DNA from: an uncultured Bacilli bacterium | Lineage (GTDB): Bacteria > Bacillota_I > Bacilli_A > RFN20 > CAG-449 | Length of the DNA: 64,000 bases | Assembly (NCBI GenBank): GCA_947588815.1 | Contig: CANQAG010000001.1 | Span: forward strand, 65,038-129,037 | Direction: 5' to 3' | In this document: positions 51,985-62,485 of the stretch, one piece after another | How the letters are laid out: each line of letters begins with the position of its first letter | How positions within the stretch are numbered: position 1 is the first letter of the stretch | Position numbers and translations under genes: made by a program | Notes under the pieces: generated by a model | Database searches by the model: none | Seen by the model: only the letters and a program-made list of their open reading frames with translations | Told to the model about the DNA's origin: nothing

Positions 51985-53476
51985 CTACTTTCTGCTGCAT
52001 TAAATTCACGGTCATCTGAATCTTTTGTTCCATGTTGCGAATAATTTTCGGTTTTTGAACTTTAGGTGCTCGTGGATCAAGCAACCATGTTTTTGCATAA
52101 TGAGAATCTGAAATTTTAAACATCGGTGGTTCTTTGACAAAATCGATTTTTAAAGCATATTCATTACGAGGTGCAAACGCATCGCCGACAATTTCGTTAC
52201 CAAATGAAGGTGGATTTCCTTTAATATAAGTCAATTCATCACCTTCGTTTGCAAGTTGCGGTAATGACGAGAGCAAAGCCCAAGTGTATGGATGCGCCGG
52301 ATGATAGAAAATATCTTCCACGGTTCCATATTCGATAATCTGTCCGCCATACATCACCGCGACACGATCGCTAACACTAGCGACGACACCTAAATCGTGG
52401 GTGATGAAAATTGTCGTAAAGTTATATTCTTTTTTCAAATCTTTAATCAACTGCAAAATTTGAGTTTGAACAGTGACGTCTAACGCAGTCGTCGGTTCAT
52501 CACAAATTAATATTTTCGGTTTGCACGCTAAAGCGATGGCGATAACAACACGTTGTCGCATACCACCGGAATATTGAAAAGGAAAATCACGATATCGTTT
52601 TTCCGGATCTGGAATTTTAACTTTGCGCAAGAGTTCGATAGCTTCGGCTTTCGCTTGGCGTTTTGTAACTTTGATTTTTCGCAAGTATTCTTCTTTGATC
52701 TGGCTGCAATTTTCTTTTAAAGCTTTTTTGTCTAAGTCATTTGAAGCTTTCAATTCAGCGATTTTGGTTTTCATTTCACTGAGTGTTTGATTTTTAAAGG
52801 CTTTAACTTGCTTTTTAGCTTCAGCACTTGCTAAAGCAAGTTGCTTTTTTAATTCCGGTTTCTTAGATTCATATAAAGCTTTCGCTTCTTTCTTTTCAAT
52901 GACTGCGCGCGATTTGATTTCTTTTATGCGTGGATCACTCTTTTGAATATTAGGTTCACTTTTTTGCAATTTTTCGATTTCTTCAGCACAATGGCGTTCA
53001 ATAATTTGAAGTTCTTGATAATAGTTTTCTTCATTTTGTCGCAAGGCCACTAAATCTTTAGAAATCAATTCATCGTACATTTTCTTTAAATGCTTGCCAT
53101 GAATTCGAAGTGTTTCAGAAATTTGATAACCGATCCTTAATAGTGGATTTAAAGATGTCATCGGATCTTGGAAGACTGTTGCAATTTTACGCCCACGAAT
53201 GCTTATCCAATCTTTATTTGATCGTATTTTAGCTAAATCGCGTCCTTCAAAAATAATCGAACCATCTGAAATAAAACCGTTTTGTTCCAACATGCCCGTG
53301 AATGTTTTAGTAAATACCGATTTACCAGAGCCGGATTCACCAACAATAGCAAAAGTCTCACCTTTATAAATATCCATTGAGACATTACGAATGACACGTG
53401 ATGTTTGCCCATGTAAATGAAATCCCACAGAGAGATTAGTAACTTTTAATTCAATTTCTTTTTCTGCCATTACCAT
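51959..53476 (-). CDS. oppD: oligopeptide ABC transporter ATP-binding protein OppD, with a roughly 150-aa coiled-coil-like insertion between Walker A and the signature motif
   Basis: GESGSGKSV ... (K/E-rich insertion [20 protein letters not shown]...[11 protein letters not shown]) ... YSGGMRQR ... [10 protein letters not shown]. The long insertion is characteristic of Mollicutes OppD. Confidence 0.9.
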   Translation of the reverse strand: MVMAEKEIELKVTNLSVGFHLHGQTSRVIRNVSMDIYKGETFAIVGESGSGKSVFTKTFTGMLEQNGFISDGSIIFEGRDLAKIRSNKDWISIRGRKIATVFQDPMTSLNPLLRIGYQISETLRIHGKHLKKMYDELISKDLVALRQNEENYYQELQIIERHCAEEIEKLQKSEPNIQKSDPRIKEIKSRAVIEKKEAKALYESKKPELKKQLALASAEAKKQVKAFKNQTLSEMKTKIAELKASNDLDKKALKENCSQIKEEYLRKIKVTKRQAKAEAIELLRKVKIPDPEKRYRDFPFQYSGGMRQRVVIAIALACKPKILICDEPTTALDVTVQTQILQLIKDLKKEYNFTTIFITHDLGVVASVSDRVAVMYGGQIIEYGTVEDIFYHPAHPYTWALLSSLPQLANEGDELTYIKGNPPSFGNEIVGDAFAPRNEYALKIDFVKEPPMFKISDSHYAKTWLLDPRAPKVQKPKIIRNMEQKIQMTVNLMQQKVGEDDGKRK

Positions 53477-53483
53477 TCACCTC

Positions 53484-54431
53484 CTACATGTGGGTCTTGG
53501 GGTCTGTCGCGTCAGCGAGAGCCAATCCAAAATAGAAGAAAGCGATTGTAATAATCATCAATACTATCGCCGGGAAAAATAAAGTATGCGGATAATTAAC
53601 GTATTGACCTTCCGCTGCATTGTTTAAAACTTTTCCCAAAGTTATTTGTGAAGAGTCCATTAAGTTAAAATATTGTAAGGAAACTTCCATTGAGATACAA
53701 GAAGGAACAAATCCTGAAACTACTTGAACGATAATTGATACTAAGTTCGGCAAAAGGTTATGAATAATAATCGCGCGACTTGAACTACCTAAAGCTTCCG
53801 AAGCGATATTAAATTCACGATTTCTAATAATGATGATTTGATTTCTCATCATCGAAGCTAAACCTAACCATCCGAATAAGCACATCACAAAGACCATACT
53901 CCAAAATGATGGATCCAATAGTTGCATCAACATCAAATAAATCAATAAAGATGGAATATTATTGATAACGTTCGTAAATTCAATCAAGATCGGATCAAGT
54001 TTACGAATATAACCCCAAAGGCCACCTACTACTAAACCCACAATAATGTTAATTACTGAGGAAATGGCCGCTAATAAGAGTGAAAATCTAGAACCCTCCC
54101 AAATAATTGTCCAAATGCATTCGCCTCGTCCGCTAGTTCCGAACCAATATTTGGAATTTGGTGTAAGATTTTTTAATCTAGCAATTTCAATCGGATTTTT
54201 TGGTGATGGATTATAAAGCATCATCGGTCCAAAAATCGTAAAGAAAATAACGATAGCAATCAGCACCAAACAAAAGATAGCAATTTTATTTTTAAATAAA
54301 TTTTTCCAAACAGAACGCCAATAGGAATAAGGCGCCGAATCTAATTTTTCAATATTTTCTTCAGAAGTGCCAACAACCGTAAAAAGATCATCATCTTCAG
54401 AATCAATTATTTTTTCAATATCTGTTACCAT
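53484..54431 (-). CDS. oppC: oligopeptide ABC transporter permease OppC
   Basis: Six-TM BPD-type permease in the conserved position. Confidence 0.85.
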   Translation of the reverse strand: MVTDIEKIIDSEDDDLFTVVGTSEENIEKLDSAPYSYWRSVWKNLFKNKIAIFCLVLIAIVIFFTIFGPMMLYNPSPKNPIEIARLKNLTPNSKYWFGTSGRGECIWTIIWEGSRFSLLLAAISSVINIIVGLVVGGLWGYIRKLDPILIEFTNVINNIPSLLIYLMLMQLLDPSFWSMVFVMCLFGWLGLASMMRNQIIIIRNREFNIASEALGSSSRAIIIHNLLPNLVSIIVQVVSGFVPSCISMEVSLQYFNLMDSSQITLGKVLNNAAEGQYVNYPHTLFFPAIVLMIITIAFFYFGLALADATDPKTHM

Positions 54432-54445
54432 TGTTTTTGCACCTC

Positions 54446-55678
54446 CTATTCATCAGCCGTAAACGATATTCGCGGATCGGCAATTGCCATCGAAATGTCG
54501 GAGATCAAATAAGAAACAACCGAGATTATCGCCGTAATTACTACTAGTCCTTGAACCATCGTATAATCTTCAGCATTTAGCGCTGAAATTAAAATTCCAC
54601 CAAATCCACCGATGTTATAAATATTTTCAATAAAGAAACTACCGATTAAGCAAGCGATGATTGAGGTAACAAATGAACGCGATAATGGAACTATCGCATT
54701 TCTTAAAATATGTATAAATAAAATTCTATTTTCAGAAAGTCCTTTAGCTCTTGCAAATTTAACATAATCCGATGAAAATTCATTAAGCATATAACGACGG
54801 ACCCAATAAGCAGTACCTGTCATTCCCGCAAAAGCGGTAGTTAAAACCGGGGGCAATAAAGTCATCGGATCATCGGGATTATAAATTGTTTTCCAGTGCA
54901 AAACAGTTGAGAAGAAAACTAGAAGAACATAGTAATAAACTAAACCAGGAATCGAATCTAGGACAATGATGTAGGCTTTGCCTAATTTATCGATAAAACG
55001 ATCTTTGTATTTTGCCATGAAAATACCAAGAGGATAACCGAGCATAGTATCTAATAGAATCGCCCAAATTCCCCATCTAAAGGATACAGGCATTGTTTGA
55101 GCAACAATTTTTGTGATTGCCACACCTTTACGGTAAGCGGAAGAAACACCTAAATCAAATAATGTCCATTCCTTATTAGCGCAAACCCACTCTCCAACAT
55201 TGGTCACTTCATCGACTTCATAAGATAATTGCATACATACTTCTTTTGGAAAAGGAAGAATATTATAATAATATTTTAATAATTGAACAATCATCGGAAC
55301 GTCTCTAAAGGAAGCTTCACATGATTCTGAGGTCGGATCACAATTATAATACATCTCTTTAAGTCCCAAATTTGACAGATAAACATTACACGTATAATCT
55401 TTTGCATCATTTGGGAATTTATCTAACCACCCTGTACAGAAGACCGCATGAAAATTTTTATTGCTACGCAAAAGCACAAATGTAATAGCGACAGCAAGCA
55501 TAATAGAAATAAGCGAACTTCCGATTCTTTTAAGTGAATAATATGTTAACGGATTGGTAATGAATCTTCTTACCCAGTTATCACTTTTCATGATGATATT
55601 GTGATTGACAAGAACCACAAATACCACTAAGCATACAATTAACGCGATAATTGTATACCCTAATATCATCGTACCCAT
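54446..55678 (-). CDS. oppB: oligopeptide ABC transporter permease OppB (extended, with a large extracytoplasmic loop)
   Basis: 410-aa BPD-type permease with EAA region. A loop insertion of about 100 aa follows TM1. Confidence 0.85.
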   Translation of the reverse strand: MGTMILGYTIIALIVCLVVFVVLVNHNIIMKSDNWVRRFITNPLTYYSLKRIGSSLISIMLAVAITFVLLRSNKNFHAVFCTGWLDKFPNDAKDYTCNVYLSNLGLKEMYYNCDPTSESCEASFRDVPMIVQLLKYYYNILPFPKEVCMQLSYEVDEVTNVGEWVCANKEWTLFDLGVSSAYRKGVAITKIVAQTMPVSFRWGIWAILLDTMLGYPLGIFMAKYKDRFIDKLGKAYIIVLDSIPGLVYYYVLLVFFSTVLHWKTIYNPDDPMTLLPPVLTTAFAGMTGTAYWVRRYMLNEFSSDYVKFARAKGLSENRILFIHILRNAIVPLSRSFVTSIIACLIGSFFIENIYNIGGFGGILISALNAEDYTMVQGLVVITAIISVVSYLISDISMAIADPRISFTADE

Positions 55679-55752
55679 GTGAATTTAACAACCTCCTTAG
55701 TAGACAAAATAGGGCTAAACGTAGCCCTATTAATCTTTTTTACTTGCAAGTA

Positions 55753-58065
55753 TTATTTTTTAGATTCGGCTTTTTCACGTTCCCACTCATTCTTCAAAGC
55801 TTGTCTTTGTTGCTTGGTGAGAGCTTGTTTAAGAACTTCCAATCCTTTATATTTGTCATTTGATGTTCCATATCCGGCTCTTGGAGTACGATATGGAATA
55901 ATATTTGAAACAGAAACTTGATAACCTAATCCTGTCATATACAATGGTCTTAAAATTCCCATTTCTTCTAATAACATAATTTCCGCTTTAGCAAACAATT
56001 GATAACGTTTTGAAATATCTTCATTTTCTAAATCGGCTTGTCTAACAAGACTATCATATTCCACGAATAATTCAAAAGTTTCTTCAGACAAACTTCCATC
56101 GTTTACAAGAGATTTATCATCGGCGTTAACATAATGAAAATTAGTACCGAAATGTTGAGACATATCACCGCCTAGAGTGGCTGTATTTAAGAATGTTAAC
56201 GGATCTTCAAAATCAGGAATCCAACCGGAAACAAAGATTGAGAAAGCATGATAATCTGAAGCGTTAGTATAATCAGTGGCCGATGCAATATTAGTATTGT
56301 TGATAATACGAACTAAGACATCACTATCGGTAGCGTTGGTACCATAAATTTTATTAAGATCATTAATCGCGATATCTTCATCGAAAATAATACCATTCAT
56401 CGCTTCGTTACTCGCTTCAATAAAGTAATCATCGTATGATCTTTGTTCTTCATCATAAGCAATGCCGACATTTTCAAGATAAATTGGGAAAGTAATCGAA
56501 GGATCATCTTTCTTTAAACGATCACAAGCATCTTTAATTTGTTTCATTGATTCCTCAAGAGAAATTTTAGAAGCGTATGGATTCATCGGTTCGAGTTTTT
56601 CAGTAGCCTTTTCTAAAGATACATTATGCTTTGAAGCATATTCTTCGCATAAGAAATCAAAGTAATCCTTCTCTACAAGTTGTCCGTCTTTTTCAACCAT
56701 CGTCTTTGCGAAATCGCGAGGTGTGTAAGTATTGATCGCATATTGGCTGCGAATCTGTTCATTGTCAACTGAAAAACGTAAATAATAGGCTTCTAAGTCT
56801 AAGCTATTTAATACTGCTTGTCTAAAATAAGAATACTTTAATGCCTTATTAGTGTTTGTAATTGAAGCTTCGACATTATCAACATAATTTCTTAAAGAAG
56901 TATTATAAGTTCCTTGAGAATTAGTTTCCCTATTTTGATTCAAATAATAGATAAATGGTGATTTAGAACCTTCACCGTAATTGGAAAAAGCGTTTGGATG
57001 TGCAGGATTTTCAAGAGTTCCTGTTCCATCTTTCCCTAATACATATTCATTCCAACCATCAACATCGGCATCCGTGAGAACGAAGGAATCGATTTGTCCT
57101 GATTTATATTGTTCATGAGCATAATCGCTTCTGATATTAGTCGGTAACTTATTAAAGATTAATGTGCTTGTAGTAACATGGTCTTTATCCCAATAATATG
57201 GATTCTTTTTATAAACCATTCTGGTACCGGCCGGATCCCATTCATCTAATAAGTACGCACCACAATATAAAATCTTATCTTTATCGCTTCCGAAATTGTT
57301 AAATCCAACCGAAGAAACAAATTCTTCTTGCATCGGAAGATAAGCCGAATAAGTGAGCATTGTTGGGAAATAGTCGGCACGTTGTTTTAATTTATAGGTC
57401 AACGTCATCGCCGCATCATCATATGAGATTCCGACACGTTCGAATTTTAATATTTTTTCAACATCTTTTGCTGTACAACCAGGGGTAATACCCATCTCAT
57501 TCAACCTCGTTGCAATTCTTGAATAGCGAATATTCTCAGAAAGATTTTTAAATTGCGAATTCAAGAAAGTTGCTTGCCAATATTCGTTGGCTCCATCAAT
57601 GATGAGTGCTAAAAGGTAATATCCTTCAGCCAAATTGTCAAAATTTAATGCGTATCTAGCCGAAGTGTAAAAATCGCTCGGTTTAACTGTCTTATCTTTG
57701 TATTGTTGTCCATCCCAAGTGACCCACGGAACATTTTTTCTGATATGGAAAGTGTAAGTGTCTTTCGCGGCATTGGTTTCCCACGATTCGCCCAAAGAAG
57801 GGACGATATTACCAAACCGATCATTCTCTACCAATCCATCAACAAAATTTACGATATGCTGTGAATCCTCTTGTTGGTTTGTCGTTGCCGAATTCAATGT
57901 CGACGGCATAGTTGAAACGTAAGTTGAAAAGGTGTCTTTTCTTTCTAGACTCGCTAAATCAGCATAGCCATTAATATTTCCTAAATCAACATACTGATTG
58001 CCGCCACCACAACTAGCAAGCATCGTGACTGCCAACAATGAAATAAGAATTTTACATTTATTCAT
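55753..58065 (-). CDS. oppA: oligopeptide-binding lipoprotein OppA (family 5 SBP), 770 aa
   Basis: Lipobox MLASC|GGG. Large SBP heading the opp operon. RBS AGAGGAGG. Confidence 0.8.
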   Translation of the reverse strand: MNKCKILISLLAVTMLASCGGGNQYVDLGNINGYADLASLERKDTFSTYVSTMPSTLNSATTNQQEDSQHIVNFVDGLVENDRFGNIVPSLGESWETNAAKDTYTFHIRKNVPWVTWDGQQYKDKTVKPSDFYTSARYALNFDNLAEGYYLLALIIDGANEYWQATFLNSQFKNLSENIRYSRIATRLNEMGITPGCTAKDVEKILKFERVGISYDDAAMTLTYKLKQRADYFPTMLTYSAYLPMQEEFVSSVGFNNFGSDKDKILYCGAYLLDEWDPAGTRMVYKKNPYYWDKDHVTTSTLIFNKLPTNIRSDYAHEQYKSGQIDSFVLTDADVDGWNEYVLGKDGTGTLENPAHPNAFSNYGEGSKSPFIYYLNQNRETNSQGTYNTSLRNYVDNVEASITNTNKALKYSYFRQAVLNSLDLEAYYLRFSVDNEQIRSQYAINTYTPRDFAKTMVEKDGQLVEKDYFDFLCEEYASKHNVSLEKATEKLEPMNPYASKISLEESMKQIKDACDRLKKDDPSITFPIYLENVGIAYDEEQRSYDDYFIEASNEAMNGIIFDEDIAINDLNKIYGTNATDSDVLVRIINNTNIASATDYTNASDYHAFSIFVSGWIPDFEDPLTFLNTATLGGDMSQHFGTNFHYVNADDKSLVNDGSLSEETFELFVEYDSLVRQADLENEDISKRYQLFAKAEIMLLEEMGILRPLYMTGLGYQVSVSNIIPYRTPRAGYGTSNDKYKGLEVLKQALTKQQRQALKNEWEREKAESKK

Positions 58066-58118
58066 ACTATTGACCTCCTCTTATCTTTTCTTATACAAAA
58101 CCTTTCGATTTGTGTTTT

Positions 58119-58147
58119 ATTTTAATGCAACCATATATCTAAGTCAA
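58119..58147 (-). promoter_or_regulatory. sigma-70-type promoter of the opp operon (-35 TTGACT, 17-nt spacer, -10 TAAAAT), with upstream T10A7 tract
   Basis: Minus-strand -35 at 58142-58147 and -10 at 58119-58124. An A/T homopolymer block at 58182-58198 lies just upstream (UP-element-like). Confidence 0.45.
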
Positions 58148-58203
58148 ATTTTTTAATAACATTTTGAAAATTATTTGTTCTTTTTTTTTTAAAAAAAGAA
58201 AGC

Positions 58204-58557
58204 CTAAATTGCTTGAAAGACACTAAATAAGATTAAACTAGCAACTAAATCAATAATCGCTCCGTCAAAGAAACGTGCTCTACAAAGGTAAATCTTCTCA
58301 CGAATTTCCAAAGGTAGCTTTCCTTTATAATATGCATTTTCTTTTCGATACGTGTAACTGATGTTGTTGCCACCAACCCAACCACATAAAAGAAGAATTA
58401 ATCCCGCAGCCAAACAAATTGAATCTGAGGCGATATCCCAAGAAAATGTCCGACCTAAAAATTCAAGTATTATGGTCAGGATGATTCCACCCAGAGAATA
58501 TAAAAATCCGATTAACAAATTATGTGGTCTAATCATTTGCTCAAACATTGTTGTCAA
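58204..58557 (-). CDS. hypothetical membrane protein (117 aa, 3-4 TM)
   Basis: ORF and hydrophobicity only. Confidence 0.4.
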   Translation of the reverse strand: MTTMFEQMIRPHNLLIGFLYSLGGIILTIILEFLGRTFSWDIASDSICLAAGLILLLCGWVGGNNISYTYRKENAYYKGKLPLEIREKIYLCRARFFDGAIIDLVASLILFSVFQAI

Positions 58558-58748
58558 CTCCTCTTTCTAGTATTCCAATCATAACAAAAAAACCGCAAAA
58601 TACATAATTGTTTTTGTAAATTAAAAATTTTATTAACAAGTAACAGATTATTGTTTATATGTTTATATTTTTTTGCTGAGTTCTTCATTAAAAAAACAAA
58701 TAAAACAATTTATTGATTATAATTAAATTGTGAGCATTGTTTTTTTAC

Positions 58749-59474
58749 TTAATAAAAGCAAGTTAAGTTTATGGCTTCTTTATTTAAAGTTATTGCAAAA
58801 TCGCAAATTAGATTGCCTATAAGTTTAATGTCAGTAACCATTAAATCAAATTCGCTTGTTAAAACTCGCAGTTTTAATTCGTCAAAAACTTCAACAAATG
58901 AATGTTTTTGATCCAAAGCGACAGGAATAACTTGAACATCCAAATCACTGAAATTATGAGCGCCACTTTCACCTACAAAAAGAATTTTTTTATCTTTGAG
59001 TTGTTCATAAAATTTACCAAAAAAATCGATGGTAATTTTATCGTCAATCAAAATTTTTGCACTTGATACATGAGAATTAATGGCGCAAGTTTTAGCCTTT
59101 TTTTCTGAAGTAATGATAATGTCGCATTGGTCAAGGCAACGCTTTAAGTTATTAGCTAAAAATTTTAATTCTTGCTGATTAAGATTATCTAAACCATGGT
59201 CTTTTAAAATACGATGAAGTCGAATTTGATCTTTTTTGCTCATTTTCGAGGAAATCAAATCGATGGTTTCTTCTTCATATGGCGAAATATTAAGGGCAAC
59301 AAATGGCAATCCGCTTTCTAAAAAATCACAGATAACTTCATAACTGTAATTTTTTTGTTCATTAATTTCTTCTTCAATTAAGGTATAATCCAACTTTCTC
59401 AGCAATTTTTTATTAACCCAGCTCTTTAATCGTGCTTTTCTTTTATCAATTAACAAATGAGTTTTCTGTCCCAT
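58749..59474 (-). CDS. hypothetical cytoplasmic protein (241 aa)
   Basis: ORF with no recognizable motif. Sits between smpB and a small membrane protein. Confidence 0.45.
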   Translation of the reverse strand: MGQKTHLLIDKRKARLKSWVNKKLLRKLDYTLIEEEINEQKNYSYEVICDFLESGLPFVALNISPYEEETIDLISSKMSKKDQIRLHRILKDHGLDNLNQQELKFLANNLKRCLDQCDIIITSEKKAKTCAINSHVSSAKILIDDKITIDFFGKFYEQLKDKKILFVGESGAHNFSDLDVQVIPVALDQKHSFVEVFDELKLRVLTSEFDLMVTDIKLIGNLICDFAITLNKEAINLTCFY

Positions 59475-59491
59475 TTTTTCATCTCTTTTCG

Positions 59492-59944
59492 TTAAAAATT
59501 CTTGGTCGTCTTTTCGATTTCGCGCTTGATTGATTTATTTTTTTCGGTCTCGCGTTTGTCGTATAGTTTTTTACCCTTGGCTAAGGCCAATTCACATTTA
59601 ACTAAGCCATCTTTTAAATAAACCTTTGTAATTACTAAGGTAAAACCTTTTTCTTGTATTTTACGATTAAGTTTCATGATTTCTTGTTTATGAAGCAATA
59701 ATTTCTTCGTTCGTAACGCCTCGTGATTAAATAAATTACCTTTATCATAAGGCGCAATATTCATTCCTAAAACAAACGCTTCTCCGTTTTTTATAATCAC
59801 ATATGAGTCGTTTAAACTTGCTCCATGCATGCGTAACGACTTAATTTCCGTGCCTTTTAAAACAATTCCGGCTTCAATAAAATCAGACAAAAAATAATCG
59901 TAATACGCTTTTTTATTATTTACGATAATTTTTGTATCTTTCAT
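59492..59944 (-). CDS. smpB: SsrA-binding protein
   Basis: 150 aa, conserved SmpB N-terminal core and a C-terminal basic tail. Confidence 0.95.
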   Translation of the reverse strand: MKDTKIIVNNKKAYYDYFLSDFIEAGIVLKGTEIKSLRMHGASLNDSYVIIKNGEAFVLGMNIAPYDKGNLFNHEALRTKKLLLHKQEIMKLNRKIQEKGFTLVITKVYLKDGLVKCELALAKGKKLYDKRETEKNKSIKREIEKTTKNF

Positions 59945-59974
59945 CTCAGTCTTTTCCTTTCAATTTGCTTAACC

Positions 59975-62056
59975 TTATTTTATTTTATTAAATTTCTTTT
60001 CAGTAATCAAAGATAAATCTATCGTAGCTCTAGCAATGTCGACTTCAATGACCTTTACCTTACATTTATCACCCAATAAATATTTTTTGCCACTTCTTTT
60101 ACCAAAAGCCATCATTCTTCTTTCATCATATATGAAAAAATCTTTTTCCATCGTTTCAAAAGCGACGAATCCGTCGATTCCGTTATCCATTTCGACAAAC
60201 ATCCCGTTAATCGTAAAGCCAACGATAACTCCTTCATGCGCTTCCCCGATCCTTTGAGCCATATATTTAGCTGACATCAAATCTATAACATCGCGTTCAA
60301 TCGCTAAAGCACGCCTTTCATTAATAGAGGAAATTTCAGCTATTTTAATAAGATTGTTAACCCTTTGCTCATCATAGTCGGTGTTTTTTTCAATTAAGAA
60401 TCGATCGATAAGACGATGTACTTCAAGATCCGGATATCGTCTTATCGGGGAAGTAAAATGGCAATAACATTTTGAGGCTAAACCAAAGTGACCTTTGTTT
60501 TCAATCGAATATCTAGCTTTAGCAAGACTTCGTAACAATTGACGCGAAAGCACTTCGTATCGTGGCGATTTAGCAATTTTTTCAAGATGTCGCGATAACT
60601 GTAATGGTGTCACCGTCAAAAAAGAAAACTGACATGAAAAACCGAGCCGTGACGATAATGCCATAAAAGCTTCCATACGCTTAGCTTGAGGTTGCTCATG
60701 GATTCGATATATAAATGGGTAATGCATTTTTTCAAAAGTATTGCTAACCACTTCATTGGCGGTAATCATCAAATCTTCGATTAATTTTTCAGCCTCATCC
60801 TGATTTTGAATAGCCACTTCGATCGGTTCGCCGTTTTTATCAACCTTAAATTTAAGCTCCGTCGAATTTAAATCTAAAGCTCCTTGTAATTTTCGCTTTT
60901 TTCGTAAACTATATGCAGCTTTATTTAAAGTGTATAGCGTTTCTTCTAATTCATGATTTTTTTCTTTTATTTGATGCTTTAAAACGGCATTTACATAAGT
61001 GTAAGTCAATCGTGCCTTAGATTTAATAACTCCTTTGCAAATTCTAGTATTTGAGACATTGCCCTCTTTATCGACCACGAAAAAGCAAGAAGTCACCAAT
61101 CTTTCAACTCCGGGATTTAAAGAACAAATTCCATTCGATAATTCAAAGGGAAGCATTGGCACCACCCGATCTGTCGCATATAACGAAGTTGCGCGAGATA
61201 AAGCTTCTTTATCAATACTTCCTAATTCCTTTACATAATAAGCGACATCCGCGATATGCACTCCAACATGAAACCCCTCTTCATCTTCATAGGCTTCAAC
61301 TGCATCATCAAAGTCCTTAGCGTCTTCGCCATCGATAGTAACAATAAAATGATGGGTAAAATCTTCCCGATTTTTTTTATCTTCACTTGATACTTCTCGC
61401 GGTAATTTTTTTACTTCTTCTTTGACTTCGTCTTTGAAAGTGGTTGGTGCGCCATGTTCTAAAATAATTCTTAAAACATCGATCCCCGGATCGTTTTTTG
61501 AACCGATGACTTCTTCAATTACGCAATCGATTGAATTTCGCGAACTATCTAGAATCGTTGCTAATACTATCTGTCCTTCAATTAAAGGAATTTTTGTTTT
61601 AATAATGTTTATTTTAAAATTTTGATAAGATCGATCATTAACCTGAAGATAATAATATCCATTTTTTTGATAAATTTCCCCAACTAATGTCAAATGAGCT
61701 CTTTTTATAATTGAGAAAACTTTATACGCTTCTTTATTACTTTGATAATCTTCTTCTAAAAAAACTTCGTCATCCTTTAAAGCTGAATTCAAATTACGAT
61801 TTTCAATAATGACCTCCTCTTCTTCACCTTCAATAAGCGCTAAGGAAAAGCGATCTTTGATTTTAGTGATTTTTGCTCTTTTAAGTCCCAAATCTTCGGG
61901 TATAAAGTATTCTTGTTTTTTTGAAACAATTAAGCCTTCTTCTAGCATTTTCAAAAGAAGATCGTTAAGTTGATTCGATGTAACATTAAAAAGATCTTTT
62001 AAATTTTTAAAAGACCGTGAATGTTGCTTTAATAACCTAACGATTTCTTTTTCCAT
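59975..62056 (-). CDS. rnr: ribonuclease R
   Basis: 693 aa. RNB catalytic domain (DGEDAKDFDDAV...) plus a C-terminal S1 domain. Confidence 0.95.
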   Translation of the reverse strand: MEKEIVRLLKQHSRSFKNLKDLFNVTSNQLNDLLLKMLEEGLIVSKKQEYFIPEDLGLKRAKITKIKDRFSLALIEGEEEEVIIENRNLNSALKDDEVFLEEDYQSNKEAYKVFSIIKRAHLTLVGEIYQKNGYYYLQVNDRSYQNFKINIIKTKIPLIEGQIVLATILDSSRNSIDCVIEEVIGSKNDPGIDVLRIILEHGAPTTFKDEVKEEVKKLPREVSSEDKKNREDFTHHFIVTIDGEDAKDFDDAVEAYEDEEGFHVGVHIADVAYYVKELGSIDKEALSRATSLYATDRVVPMLPFELSNGICSLNPGVERLVTSCFFVVDKEGNVSNTRICKGVIKSKARLTYTYVNAVLKHQIKEKNHELEETLYTLNKAAYSLRKKRKLQGALDLNSTELKFKVDKNGEPIEVAIQNQDEAEKLIEDLMITANEVVSNTFEKMHYPFIYRIHEQPQAKRMEAFMALSSRLGFSCQFSFLTVTPLQLSRHLEKIAKSPRYEVLSRQLLRSLAKARYSIENKGHFGLASKCYCHFTSPIRRYPDLEVHRLIDRFLIEKNTDYDEQRVNNLIKIAEISSINERRALAIERDVIDLMSAKYMAQRIGEAHEGVIVGFTINGMFVEMDNGIDGFVAFETMEKDFFIYDERRMMAFGKRSGKKYLLGDKCKVKVIEVDIARATIDLSLITEKKFNKIK

Positions 62057-62090
62057 AATGACCTCATTAAATTTAGTATACCCTAAGCAA

Positions 62091-62113
62091 AATAAAAAGG
62101 GCTACTGCCCTTT
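62091..62113 (-). terminator. rho-independent terminator after secG
   Basis: Stem AAGGGC / GCCCTT, loop AGTA, followed on the minus strand by UUUAUUUU. Overlaps the secG stop codon by 2 nt. Confidence 0.5.
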
Positions 62114-62336
62114 AGAAATACTTGGTAATCAATACTAGTAAGAAGAAAATGATTCCGACGATAAGTGTCATACGCGATACCCAAAGTTCCGAACCACGTT
62201 CCTTGGTTTTAGCAAAAATATTCATTTTGCTCCCCCCGGTAATAGCGCCCGATGCACCATCTGATTTACCACCTTGTAAAAGGGCTAATATAATTAAAAA
62301 TACAGAGACGATTAATAAAACGATATCCATCTTCAA
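62112..62336 (-). CDS. secG: preprotein translocase subunit SecG
   Basis: 74 aa, two TM helices with a Gly-rich loop (GGKSDGASGAITGGS). Conserved secG-rnr-smpB order. Confidence 0.8.
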   Translation of the reverse strand: MKMDIVLLIVSVFLIILALLQGGKSDGASGAITGGSKMNIFAKTKERGSELWVSRMTLIVGIIFFLLVLITKYF

Positions 62337-62485
62337 ACCTCCTAATTAAATAGGTACTTATCTATTTTACACTAATTGTTTAAATTAACAAAGAATTAAT
62401 TTGCAAAGATGTTATTTTGATAGCAACAATTTGACAATAAACCCTTTTTGAATTATAGTACGAGTGAAAAAGGTGAGTAAGTAAA

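Noticed and set aside
59492-59944. Looked for tmRNA (ssrA) next to smpB
   Set aside because: The flanks of smpB are occupied by coding sequence (rnr upstream, a 241-aa ORF 18 nt downstream). The only nearby non-coding gap (58558-58748, 190 bp) is too short and too AT-rich for a roughly 350-nt tmRNA.
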